Positions 1-9,571 of a DNA stretch of 64,000 bases are shown here, piece after piece (position 1 is the stretch's first letter; the number at the start of each line of letters is the position of its first letter). The notes beneath the pieces were generated by a model. That model saw only the letters and a list, made by a program, of their open reading frames with translations, was not told the origin of the DNA and ran no database searches. The stretch is from an uncultured bacterium (GTDB lineage: Bacteria > Patescibacteriota > Patescibacteriia > CAIQCM01): the NCBI GenBank assembly GCA_963708045.1, contig OY970181.1, forward strand, positions 643,740 through 707,739, read 5' to 3'. The position numbers were made by a program, and so were the translations under genes.

Positions 1-15
1 GGAAATAGTAACTAC

Positions 16-462
16 TTGATTTATATGTACCAATGTTCAATTCACGATCACTCCCTTAGGTTCTCGCGGGCAATTTATGGAATTTTGGTACTCGTTGGTT
101 TTTTTACAAAAAATTATTGGTACGTTTTGGCGGTTATAATTATGCTGGCTTTGGGCGCGATTGACATTAAACTGAACGTCCCATACAACTTAAATCTTTT
201 TTTTACCAAGTACGTTTTTAGAAAATCTTTTGTCCCGATTAAGAAAGATTCGTCCGAATTAAATTTTGTTTCTGGTTTAACGGGTGCTTTCTTGCTCATC
301 GGTTTTCTCTGCGTTTATTTCAACAAATTCGTTGCTTTTGGTTGGATTTGGCTAATGCTTATGTCGCTCTTGTTGTTCTTGGCTTGTTTTGCCGGATTCT
401 GTATCGCCACCTTAAGCTACGCGGTGTTTATTAAATTGATCAAAAAAAATGCCCGAAGATAA
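16..462 (+). CDS. hypothetical integral membrane protein (about 4 TM helices)
   Basis: ORF of 148 aa with several long hydrophobic segments; no recognisable motif; 3' end overlaps the kinase start by 14 nt. Confidence 0.4.
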   Translation: MIYMYQCSIHDHSLRFSRAIYGILVLVGFFTKNYWYVLAVIIMLALGAIDIKLNVPYNLNLFFTKYVFRKSFVPIKKDSSELNFVSGLTGAFLLIGFLCVYFNKFVAFGWIWLMLMSLLLFLACFAGFCIATLSYAVFIKLIKKNARR

Positions 463-1642
463 AAAAAGTTGCATCAACTATTGCTCGGGAGGTGCTTGTC
501 CGAGTAAATTAGGTTGCCCAAATTACGTCAATAAAAATTGTTTTACCGCCCGAACCATTAACGCGCCGCCAACCAAACGGTGCCAGTATTGCAATCTAAA
601 ATTTTATCAATGTTTATTTTTTCAGTACGCCGTAATTACTTTGGGTCTGGTTTCGTTGTTGCTCGGTATCGCTTATTGGCTTGATCGGGAAATCACGACC
701 TCGGTCACGGTTGTGGTTTTTGGTCTGGTTATTGTTTATGGATATTTTTTCAGCCAAAGCACCGGGAAAATAATTGAGGCAAATTTTTCCGAAAAGCAAG
801 CCAAAGAGGCACTTCAAGAACTAGCTGACCATCTTGAAAATAAGGTCAAGACGCAAACGCGCAATCTAGAAGAAAAAAACAAAAACTTGGAAAAGTTACT
901 CCAGATGCGTTCTGAGTTTTTGGATTTAGCTTCGCATCAGCTGCGAACGCCGGTTGGTGTAATTAAAAATATTATGGAAATGATGGATAACGGTGACCTG
1001 ATGCATTTGTCGCCCAGTGTTAGAAAAAGTTATGTTCATAATGCTTTTGAAAAAAGCTTAAAATTAAAAAAAATTATTTCCGATATTTTAGTAACTTCCG
1101 AATTAGACACGGCTACTTTTAAGGTGAGTAATAAAAACGCTCAGACTTTGCAGGTTGAGAACTTGGTAGACAAGGCGGTCTCCGAGATGAAGTTTGAGGC
1201 CGGACAAAAGAATATCGCTTTGGATTGGCAATTTCCCAAAAAACCCCTGCCGCCAGTTGCTGGTTATGAACACTATTTGAGCTATGCTATTTTCAATCTT
1301 ATTGATAACGCTGTAAAATATACGCCTTCAACGGGCGAAAACTCGGAAACGCGAGACCGGCGCGATAAGCCGGGTTGGGTGAAGATAAAGTTAGGAGTCA
1401 AAGACCGAGAAGTAATTTTTTCGGTTGAAGATAATGGTATTGGTATTCCTCCAGACGAAACCGCCAATATTTTTAAAAAGTTTAGCCGCGCTTCTAATGC
1501 TCGTAAAATGTATACCGACGGCAGCGGTTTGGGGCTTTTTATCATCAAAGAAATTATTGAAGGTCATGGCGGAAGAGTTGGCGTAGAAAGCAAGCTAGGC
1601 GAAGGCTCAACTTTTAAAATTTACCTACCCATAAAAAAATAG
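449..1642 (+). CDS. sensor histidine kinase with Cys-rich cytoplasmic N-terminus
   Basis: H-box 'LASHQLRTPV', N-box 'FNLIDNAVKYT', G-boxes 'DNGIGIP' and 'GSGLGLFIIKEIIEGHGG'; two TM helices after a 9-Cys N-terminal segment. Confidence 0.85.
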   Translation: MPEDKKSCINYCSGGACPSKLGCPNYVNKNCFTARTINAPPTKRCQYCNLKFYQCLFFQYAVITLGLVSLLLGIAYWLDREITTSVTVVVFGLVIVYGYFFSQSTGKIIEANFSEKQAKEALQELADHLENKVKTQTRNLEEKNKNLEKLLQMRSEFLDLASHQLRTPVGVIKNIMEMMDNGDLMHLSPSVRKSYVHNAFEKSLKLKKIISDILVTSELDTATFKVSNKNAQTLQVENLVDKAVSEMKFEAGQKNIALDWQFPKKPLPPVAGYEHYLSYAIFNLIDNAVKYTPSTGENSETRDRRDKPGWVKIKLGVKDREVIFSVEDNGIGIPPDETANIFKKFSRASNARKMYTDGSGLGLFIIKEIIEGHGGRVGVESKLGEGSTFKIYLPIKK

Positions 1643-1661
1643 TTTCCAATTATTAAATCAT

Positions 1662-2036
1662 ATGAAACCAAGAGTATTGTTTATTGAGGATGACCGGGAT
1701 CAGGTTAATTTATATAAAATTAAATTTGAGCTGGAAGGTTTTGACTTTTTTTACGCTTATGAGGGGGCAGGTGGCGTGGCGGCAGCAAAGGATAAAAATC
1801 CTGGGATTATTTTTTTGGATATTTTAATGCCGGACGAAAACGGTTTGGAGGTCTTAAAAAAGCTAAAAAACGATCCGGAAACCAAAAAAATTCCAACCGT
1901 TCTTTTTACTAATTTGTCCGATAAAAATTCCCGAGAAGAGGGGATTAAAATGGGGGCGGTGGGTTATTTGGTAAAGACAGACATCTCTTTAAAAGATCTT
2001 ATCGCATGGACAAAAGAGCACATTAAAAGTTGCTAA
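1662..2036 (+). CDS. stand-alone response regulator receiver (CheY-like)
   Basis: 'LFIEDD' acidic pocket, phospho-acceptor 'FLDILMPD', conserved T/S and K ('GYLVKT'); 124 aa with no output domain. Confidence 0.85.
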   Translation: MKPRVLFIEDDRDQVNLYKIKFELEGFDFFYAYEGAGGVAAAKDKNPGIIFLDILMPDENGLEVLKKLKNDPETKKIPTVLFTNLSDKNSREEGIKMGAVGYLVKTDISLKDLIAWTKEHIKSC

Positions 2037-2082
2037 ATTTAACAAAATCGCATTCCGGTTGAATTCATTGACGTGCTAAAAT

Positions 2083-3135
2083 ATGAGAAAAATTTTCCTT
2101 TGTGGCGCGGTGGTGATTATTGTACTTGCTGGAGTTTTTGTGTTTATTTTTAATTCGCCTTATTTTTTAATACCAAAAGAAAAAATTCCGCTCGCGACCG
2201 CGACTTTGCCTTCGTCAAAAACCGATTCAATGTGGGGAATTGATTTTTCTCAGTCGCAAACCGAGTACTTGGGTTTAGACTGGAAAGAAACTTATAACGC
2301 AATTCTTGACGATCTTGGTGTAAAGGATATTAAATTACATACAAACTGGAATTGGGTTGAGGGTAAGAAAAATGATTTTTATTTTAACGATATTGATTGG
2401 CAGATTAAAAAAGCCGAAGAAAAAAACGCCAAGATAATTTATGTGCTCGGAATGAAAACTGGCCGCTGGCCGGAGTGTCATTTGCCTGATTGGGCGGAAG
2501 ATTCGTCAAAAGCAGACGTGCGCGCCGAACTTCTTAAATATATAACCGCCGTGGTCAGTCGCTACAAAGATTCAAAAGCTGTAGCTTATTGGCAAGTGGA
2601 AAACGAGCCGTTTTTAAAATTTGGCGGTTGTCCGTCTTGGTACTACGCAAAAGACAATTTTTTAAAAACGGAAATTGACTTAGTGCGTTCGCTTGATCCG
2701 TCGCGGAAAATAATCGTTTCCGAATCGGGTGAACTTTCGGATTGGACTGGGGCGGCCAAGCTCGCCGATATTGTTGGGGTCACACTTTATCGGAGTGCGT
2801 GGACAAAAGTTACGGAAACTTTTGGTTTTGAATCGTATTCGTTTAAAGTGCCGTCGTATTATGCTAAAAAAGCGGATAATATTAAAAAACTTTTTGGCAA
2901 AAATGTTATTTGTATTGAACTTCAGGCCGAGCCGTGGGCCGGAAAACCGCTTCCTTTGGCATCGCTCAAAGAGCAGTTAAAATCAATGAATTTGGCGATG
3001 TTTAAAGAAGACGTCGCGTTTGCGAAACAAACCAACTTGGACAAGTTTTATTTTTGGGGTGTAGAATGGTGGTATTGGATGAAAGCAAAGCAAAATCAGC
3101 CAGAAATTTGGAATGAAGCCAAAAAACTTTTCTAA
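2083..3135 (+). CDS. membrane-anchored clan GH-A (GH5-like) glycoside hydrolase
   Basis: N-terminal TM anchor; 'WQVENEP' acid/base motif and 'IELQAEPW' nucleophile motif about 105 aa apart; paralogous to 57669..58709. Confidence 0.7.
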   Translation: MRKIFLCGAVVIIVLAGVFVFIFNSPYFLIPKEKIPLATATLPSSKTDSMWGIDFSQSQTEYLGLDWKETYNAILDDLGVKDIKLHTNWNWVEGKKNDFYFNDIDWQIKKAEEKNAKIIYVLGMKTGRWPECHLPDWAEDSSKADVRAELLKYITAVVSRYKDSKAVAYWQVENEPFLKFGGCPSWYYAKDNFLKTEIDLVRSLDPSRKIIVSESGELSDWTGAAKLADIVGVTLYRSAWTKVTETFGFESYSFKVPSYYAKKADNIKKLFGKNVICIELQAEPWAGKPLPLASLKEQLKSMNLAMFKEDVAFAKQTNLDKFYFWGVEWWYWMKAKQNQPEIWNEAKKLF

Positions 3136-3280
3136 CGGTTACTTAATGGTCGTGCCGAAATGTGTTTATTTAATACTGGTAATAGTTATCCCCACATACA
3201 AGTTGTATTCTGTGTTAAAATTAAATTGGCAAAAATATAATATTTTTTAATTCACCAACGAGGTGATAGTGCACATTTTT

Positions 3281-3865
3281 ATGAGAAAAATAATGAAACA
3301 ATTTAAAAATATCGGCCTCTGGAGCATAACGGCAATAATAACGATTGTGGCTAGTGGTATTGGCGGGGCAAATTATGCTTATGCCGCCAACAGTGCCACA
3401 CAGTCGGCCTCAACTGCGGCAGCTACAACTATTTCAGTTGTTGCCAAGACGGCCGATACCGATGTAACCACAATTACCTTTCCTCAGGGTTCTCCGGGTG
3501 CGACCGTCTCAACCCCGTACAACAACATTGATGACGTAGCTGATGCGCAGGTGTTGAGCGGAACCGTCAGCGAACCCGTTGTAAGATTAAAAAATACCTC
3601 AGCCGGAGCGCTTACTGTTACGCTCGCTATTACCTCATGGACTAGCGGTGTAGTGGCATCAGAAGATTACGAGTTAATTGCTCCTGCCACTACAACTGTC
3701 GCAACCTTGACCAAAGCACTGTCCACTGATGGTAGTGCAGCTAGTGTTGATACTACATATTCAATTGCCTCATCCGCATACGGCGCTCTTTATCTTGAAA
3801 CAGTTCTAAGTGGTTTAGCAAGCGTGACAGGAACATCTACACTGTCTGTTCTCGGAGAATCCTAA
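3281..3865 (+). CDS. secreted protein sharing a domain with the C-terminus of the giant surface protein
   Basis: Signal peptide (ATG at 3281 after GAGGTGA); Thr/Ser/Ala-rich; 'TITFPQGSPGATVSTPYNN...LSGLASVTGTSTLSVLGES' parallels the giant protein C-terminus. Confidence 0.5.
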   Translation: MRKIMKQFKNIGLWSITAIITIVASGIGGANYAYAANSATQSASTAAATTISVVAKTADTDVTTITFPQGSPGATVSTPYNNIDDVADAQVLSGTVSEPVVRLKNTSAGALTVTLAITSWTSGVVASEDYELIAPATTTVATLTKALSTDGSAASVDTTYSIASSAYGALYLETVLSGLASVTGTSTLSVLGES

Positions 3866-3874
3866 TAAAATAAA

Positions 3875-4513
3875 ATGAAACTTATTCTTAAAGGAAATAA
3901 ATACTGCAAAAGTACAGGATTGTTGATACTGTTTTTCGGATTGCTGTTAATTTTGGGTTCTTCCGCACAAGCGACATCGGTAAACCGAATGTCGCTTGTT
4001 AATTTGGAAGCCAAACCGGGGCAGGTTATTAAGACGGAAATTACTCTAGAGGGTACCGATGGGGGAGAAAGAACTGGTTATTGGTATACAAATTACAAGC
4101 AAATAGATGGCGATGACGATAAAATGGATATTACTTCGTGGATTACGATTAGTCCAAAAGATTTTACTATCAAGCAAGGTGAAAAGTTGAACTTTACTAT
4201 TACTGTAAAGGTACCAAGAAATGCGACTAGTGGTCTCTGGGGCGCGACCGTAAAAGAAGCTGGGCAGGAAGGTCACTCTGCCGAAAGACGAACCTATGTT
4301 GTTTTTAAAGACGCCCCAGCGGGCGGCAATGTGTATTCGGGTTTATTAATTCCTGTTTCGGTCAAGGTTTCTGAAAGTGCCGACGCAGCAGCTGGCATTA
4401 TTAATTTCATTCTCAATAATTTACTTGTTATTATTTTGTCGGTGGTGATAATCGCAATGGTGGTTGTACAGTTAATATTGAAAAAAAAGAAAAAACCAGC
4501 CGTCAAACGGTAG
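3875..4513 (+). CDS. cell-surface protein with signal peptide and C-terminal TM anchor
   Basis: N-terminal signal peptide, beta-rich ectodomain, C-terminal hydrophobic helix followed by 'KKKKKPAVKR'. Confidence 0.55.
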   Translation: MKLILKGNKYCKSTGLLILFFGLLLILGSSAQATSVNRMSLVNLEAKPGQVIKTEITLEGTDGGERTGYWYTNYKQIDGDDDKMDITSWITISPKDFTIKQGEKLNFTITVKVPRNATSGLWGATVKEAGQEGHSAERRTYVVFKDAPAGGNVYSGLLIPVSVKVSESADAAAGIINFILNNLLVIILSVVIIAMVVVQLILKKKKKPAVKR

Positions 4514-4582
4514 TTAGAATCTGATTTTGACTGCCGCGTATTATTAAACTAGACAAACAAGCGTTGTTTTGTCGGTGTAATT

Positions 4583-7500
4583 ATGCTGGTAAATAAAAAG
4601 GCAAATATTATAAAAATTTTCAATCAGGGTCTTTTTCCAAAGACCCTGATTGTGATTTTAGTCATTTTCTTTTCGTTTTTTGGATCGTTAATACGACACC
4701 AGAATCAAAAAATGACCAACTCCGCCAAAACAAGCGACGTGCTTGTTGTTTCTGGTAATAGTAATTTTCGTGTTGATGAAATACCTGAGTTTCGCGTTGA
4801 TCTACCCAAAGGAACAACAGCGAAGACTAGTTTGTCAAAAGTTTTTGAAATATTCGGCGTTCGTACGACCTTGGCCGGGGATGTGGTAAAGAGCGAAGTG
4901 TCAAATTACTATGATCCAACAATAAAGCCGCAGACGGTTGCTGAGTTTGACGGCAATGGCGTTAAATTGACTGTTCCAAAACCGGAAACGCAATTTAGGC
5001 CGGGAAAATATTCCATTAAGATTGAATTTAACGCCGGTGACCAGGTTTTAAAAACGGAACGGGATTTTACTTGGGGCGTGCTGGCGGTGAACACCGACAA
5101 GTCGGTTTACTCGCCTGGCGAGACCGCTAACTTGCAATTGGGCGCGCTTACCGATGTAGGCAGCACTATTTGCCGCGGCAATCTTGAACTTGGCGTGACC
5201 GATCCGCAGGGCAAAACGACCGTTCTTTCGACTAAAGACGGTTCAATCGCCTTCGGCACCGAGTGCCGCGGCAACAACGTGACCGACAAGCCCGATTACG
5301 TCGCCAATTACTTTGTTATGGCGGTCGGTGAATATAAGTTGAAATTTACCAATCTTGATAACGGTTATTCAATTGAAGATCGTTTTGTATCGCAGAAAGC
5401 GGTTCCTTTCATTGTGGAGCGGATCGGCGCGACGCGTATTAACCCGACGCGCGCCGATTATGCGATGTCGTTTCGCATAACGGCCAACGAAGATTTTTCC
5501 GGTGACGTCAGCGAAACCGTTCCCGGGGGGTTTGTAATCAAGGAAACTGGAGATGCTATGGTGCAGGCGGTCGGGGAAACGAATGTGCTGACCTGGCGCA
5601 GTATCGCGCTTAAGGCCGGAGAGGTAAAGATATTGCGGTATGTTTATGACGCGCCCAACATTTCGCCAAAAATATACGAGCTCGGCCCGCTCAGCTTCAC
5701 GGAGAACGGAATTGTCCGATGGCAAGAAGCGCGACGCTGGCAAATAGCCGCCGATGCCACCAAAACCGCCGCCGGGACCGGTAACTGGAATACCGCCGCA
5801 ACCTGGTCGCCGAGCGGCGTGCCGGCTGCGGGCGACGATGTAATCATTATCAGCGGATACACCGTGACCATGAACGTTAACAACCCCGCCTCGCCCGCCA
5901 CCATAACGCTCGGCGGCGCAACGGCGGGAACGTTGTCAATGTCTCTGGCTAACACAAGTCTTACCTTTACGATCACGGGAAACGTGACCATAAACAGCAA
6001 CGGATCTTTCGTCGTCACCAATGCTACGGCCGCAAATACGCACACGGTCAATATCGGCGGAAATTTGGTCGAGAATGGCACCTTCGACATGGGTTCTGCC
6101 ACAGACGACTATGCGACGGTCGTCTTTAACGGCACGTCCGCGCAAACGATAAGCGGCACCGGTGCGACCTGCAGATTTTTCAGCCTTACCGCAAATAATT
6201 CGAGCGCTACAGGCTTAACGCTCGCGAGAAACGTGACAGTACAGCCGACCAGCGTGCTTACCACCACCATAACAGTATCGGCGAATCGCGTTTTTGATAT
6301 CGGCGCCTATACCATTGATCGATCAGCCGCTGGCGCCGGTTCATTCATCATTAACTCCGGCTCAACTCTTAAAATTGGCGGCACTGGCGATTTCCCAACC
6401 AATTACACAACCAACACCATAAACGCCGCAAGTACCGTCAATTATAACGGCACTACGCAAAGCGTGAACGCTTTCACGTATGGAAATTTACAGATCAACG
6501 GTTCGGGCACCAAGACATCGGCCGGAGTGATAACTGTTTCTGTTAATCTAACCATAGGAGATGGTGCAACTCTTTCGCATGGGGCTTATAACTTGACGGT
6601 GACTGGCACTTCAACGATCGGCGGGGGAACGAGCGGTGGCCTCACCCTGTCTTCGGCCACCGGCACCAAGCAATTCACCGGCGCGGTGACGGTCGCGAAC
6701 GGCGCGACCTGGAACAACTCCGGCAACTCGGCCGTTAATTTTCGCGGCGGACTCACCAATAACGGGACTTTCACTGCCGGCTCGGGCGTATATACCTTCG
6801 ATACCAATTCGCAGAACCTTTACGGAACCGTATCCATTCCCAACGTTACGGTCACCGGTGTTACTCTGACCAATAATAATTCGCTTACCGTCGGCACAGC
6901 GCTTTCCGGCACCGGCGGCGTGACCCAAGCGTCTTCCGCAAGCTTGACCATCACCGGCACGTCGGGCATAACGACGCTTACGGCCACGGCGAGCAGTAAC
7001 ACCGTCACCTATAACGGCAGCAGTCAGACTGTCAAAGCCACGACCTACTACACGCTTACTATGAACGGTTCGGGCACGGCCACACTCGGTGGTACTGTCT
7101 CGGCCACAACCTTGAATGTGTCGGCGTCCGTACTTAACACCAATAATCAGAGCTTGTCGGTGAGCGGCACGACGACCGTGGACGGGGGGCTCGGCATCAC
7201 CACCGGAACCTCGGGCACGATCAGTTTTGGCAACCTCACAATCAGTGCAACAGGCGCATTCAGCAACTCCGTCAATGACGATTTCAGTATCAGTGGAAAT
7301 TTTTCCAACAGCAACACCTTTTCTGCGGGGACGGGAAATACGGTCACATTGAATGGTGTTGGCGGCTCAACGCAGACCATTACTGGCAGCAGCACTTTTC
7401 CTAACCTAACGGCCACGGCTTCTTCCGCGCGCACAATCCGCTTTGCCGCTTCATCCACGACCACGGTTACCGGAACTTGGACAGTCGCCGGAAGCTCGGG

Positions 7501-9571
7501 ACAGCGCATAACTTTGACCTCCACAACTACGAGCCAGTGGAGCGTAAACCCGACCACCCCCGCGGTTTCCTATGTTGATTTGAACTACTCCAACAATATC
7601 AGTGGTTCTACCGCTTGCGCCACCTATTCGCAGACGACTAGCGGTAATAACACGAGCTGGATGATCTCTGACAGTGGTTCCTGTGTCAGTGTGCCGAATC
7701 CGCCGGTTTTATATCCTGACGATGGTGGTACTTATCAGGTCACCTTCAATAACACCCGGCAGTTTGACGCAACGCCTATCGTTCGCGCTTCGGCTACACA
7801 TACTGCAAGTTTCAACCGATTCCAAATTGAATTCAACGCGGCTTCGGATTTCGGCGGCACCGCCTACACCGAGACACTTTCTGGAACTTATTTGTCAGGC
7901 ACTCCTTATAACCTCCAGACTACCGGCACCTTGGGTCTGCCCACGACTGATGGGGTGACTTATTATGTCCGGGTGCGAGCCTCGGCTGACGGCGGCTCGA
8001 GCTACAGCGGCTGGTCTGCGTTGGTTTGGTCTTATACTTACAAAAGCTCGGGAAGCACCGATTGGTTTCAGACGACCGATGCACAGTTTAATACAGGGAC
8101 TTTCAGTTCAACCGAAACAACAGGTTCCGGTTCGGTCGGACTGTTAAGCGGTTCAATCGCGGAATTAAATATAATTCAGACGACAAAAGTTGAACCAACG
8201 GCAACGGGATCGTCGATTCCTTTTGTTTTAGGTTCTCAGCCGACTGTTGGCAATCTGCTGGTGGCGTTTGTTGGAAATTCTGATTATTCAGAAGACAGAA
8301 CCGCATCAGCTCCGGACGGAACCTGGACAAAAATTCAAGATCAAACAAGTTCCAATGTGCAACTTACGATTTGGTGGAAAATAGTTGGGGGAGGAGATGG
8401 GACGACATATACCTTTCCGGTCAGTGGGACGGTTGAATGGTATTCCGGAGTATTGTATGAAATTGAAGGCGCGGATTCAACTACACCTATAGATCAAAGT
8501 GCTGTAAATACCGGCTCACAAACCACACCAACCGTTACGCCGACTGTCATCGGTACCCTAGCCTTGTCATCATTAGAAACAGACGACGGCTCAACCGGCG
8601 GCATAACCCTTACTAGTATTAGCAGCGGCTGGACCGAAGATCAGACGGCACGGCCTTCATATCACACGACTTATGCGTCTTCGCGAGACGCTTTAACAAC
8701 CGATACGACAACAGCCATATCCAATGTCTATACTCTTTCCGGCTCACCAACTACTCCTGTTGCTGCAACTGTTTTAATCAAGCCTACTATTAATTCTTTT
8801 AGCTCCGGATCTGTTACGTCTCCGGCGATCAATTTTGATTCTGTTCCAAATTCAACAAGTTGGGGCACGGCATCATGGTCGGAAACGGAAACGAACGGTT
8901 CAATATCCATGCAAGTATATTATGATGCGGGCAGTGGTTGTAATACGATTATTCCAGACGGAGCACTTACTGGAAATAGTGCTGGTTTTGCGACTGGTCC
9001 TATTAATATTTCCGGCTTGAACACCACAACCTACGCCGATCTCTGCCTTAAGGCGACACTTTCTAATTCCACAGGGTCGCCGTATTTAAATGATTGGACT
9101 TTAAGTTGGTCCACCGGTCCATCAACGGCAATCGAGGTCAGGGCACAGAATTACACCACCCCGGTATCAAGCATTACTTTTCCACAAAGTCCTCCGGGCT
9201 CCGCGGTCACACAACCATATAACGACGTGAATGGGAGTGGTAGCTCACAAGCGTTCGGCAGTGCCGGGGTCGCCAAACCGGTCGTAACGCTCTATAATGG
9301 TGGCGCCGTCCCCCTGACCATTTGGTATAATATAACAACCTTCACGAATGGGATCGTTGCGAGTGAGGGGTATCTTGTAAATAACAAAGGAGCTGCTTGC
9401 GCGAATGCGGGTGCGATTACGGCGTCTGCGGTCTTTGACACGGATACAAGCACCGGCGTGACGATACTTGCCGGTGCGGGCAATGAAAAAGATCTTTATT
9501 TAAAAACAACGCTCAGTGGACTGGCAGCCGTAAGCGGCACCTCAACGTTGACTATTTTGGGTGAAACATGA
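4583..9571 (+). CDS. giant (1662 aa) membrane-anchored surface protein with beta-helix-like G/T/N-rich repeats
   Basis: Single uninterrupted 4989-nt ORF; N-terminal TM anchor; repeats such as 'GTGNWNTAATWSPSGVPAAGDDVIIISGYTVTMN' and 'TLGG..G.L'; C-terminal domain homologous to the 200-aa protein at 3281..3865. Confidence 0.8.
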   Translation: MLVNKKANIIKIFNQGLFPKTLIVILVIFFSFFGSLIRHQNQKMTNSAKTSDVLVVSGNSNFRVDEIPEFRVDLPKGTTAKTSLSKVFEIFGVRTTLAGDVVKSEVSNYYDPTIKPQTVAEFDGNGVKLTVPKPETQFRPGKYSIKIEFNAGDQVLKTERDFTWGVLAVNTDKSVYSPGETANLQLGALTDVGSTICRGNLELGVTDPQGKTTVLSTKDGSIAFGTECRGNNVTDKPDYVANYFVMAVGEYKLKFTNLDNGYSIEDRFVSQKAVPFIVERIGATRINPTRADYAMSFRITANEDFSGDVSETVPGGFVIKETGDAMVQAVGETNVLTWRSIALKAGEVKILRYVYDAPNISPKIYELGPLSFTENGIVRWQEARRWQIAADATKTAAGTGNWNTAATWSPSGVPAAGDDVIIISGYTVTMNVNNPASPATITLGGATAGTLSMSLANTSLTFTITGNVTINSNGSFVVTNATAANTHTVNIGGNLVENGTFDMGSATDDYATVVFNGTSAQTISGTGATCRFFSLTANNSSATGLTLARNVTVQPTSVLTTTITVSANRVFDIGAYTIDRSAAGAGSFIINSGSTLKIGGTGDFPTNYTTNTINAASTVNYNGTTQSVNAFTYGNLQINGSGTKTSAGVITVSVNLTIGDGATLSHGAYNLTVTGTSTIGGGTSGGLTLSSATGTKQFTGAVTVANGATWNNSGNSAVNFRGGLTNNGTFTAGSGVYTFDTNSQNLYGTVSIPNVTVTGVTLTNNNSLTVGTALSGTGGVTQASSASLTITGTSGITTLTATASSNTVTYNGSSQTVKATTYYTLTMNGSGTATLGGTVSATTLNVSASVLNTNNQSLSVSGTTTVDGGLGITTGTSGTISFGNLTISATGAFSNSVNDDFSISGNFSNSNTFSAGTGNTVTLNGVGGSTQTITGSSTFPNLTATASSARTIRFAASSTTTVTGTWTVAGSSGQRITLTSTTTSQWSVNPTTPAVSYVDLNYSNNISGSTACATYSQTTSGNNTSWMISDSGSCVSVPNPPVLYPDDGGTYQVTFNNTRQFDATPIVRASATHTASFNRFQIEFNAASDFGGTAYTETLSGTYLSGTPYNLQTTGTLGLPTTDGVTYYVRVRASADGGSSYSGWSALVWSYTYKSSGSTDWFQTTDAQFNTGTFSSTETTGSGSVGLLSGSIAELNIIQTTKVEPTATGSSIPFVLGSQPTVGNLLVAFVGNSDYSEDRTASAPDGTWTKIQDQTSSNVQLTIWWKIVGGGDGTTYTFPVSGTVEWYSGVLYEIEGADSTTPIDQSAVNTGSQTTPTVTPTVIGTLALSSLETDDGSTGGITLTSISSGWTEDQTARPSYHTTYASSRDALTTDTTTAISNVYTLSGSPTTPVAATVLIKPTINSFSSGSVTSPAINFDSVPNSTSWGTASWSETETNGSISMQVYYDAGSGCNTIIPDGALTGNSAGFATGPINISGLNTTTYADLCLKATLSNSTGSPYLNDWTLSWSTGPSTAIEVRAQNYTTPVSSITFPQSPPGSAVTQPYNDVNGSGSSQAFGSAGVAKPVVTLYNGGAVPLTIWYNITTFTNGIVASEGYLVNNKGAACANAGAITASAVFDTDTSTGVTILAGAGNEKDLYLKTTLSGLAAVSGTSTLTILGET

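Noticed and set aside
3213-3241. Promoter with perfect -10 TATAAT (3236..3241) upstream of the secreted-protein gene
   Set aside because: No acceptable -35 (TGTTAA) sits at 17-bp spacing. AT-rich intergenic sequence yields TATAAT by chance, so it is left unreported.
4909-9483. Numerous 60-150-aa ORFs on the minus strand and in alternate frames inside the giant surface-protein gene
   Set aside because: They are wholly embedded in a single uninterrupted 4989-nt ORF with coherent repeat structure. GC- and Thr/Gly-codon-rich sequence generates long spurious antisense frames.
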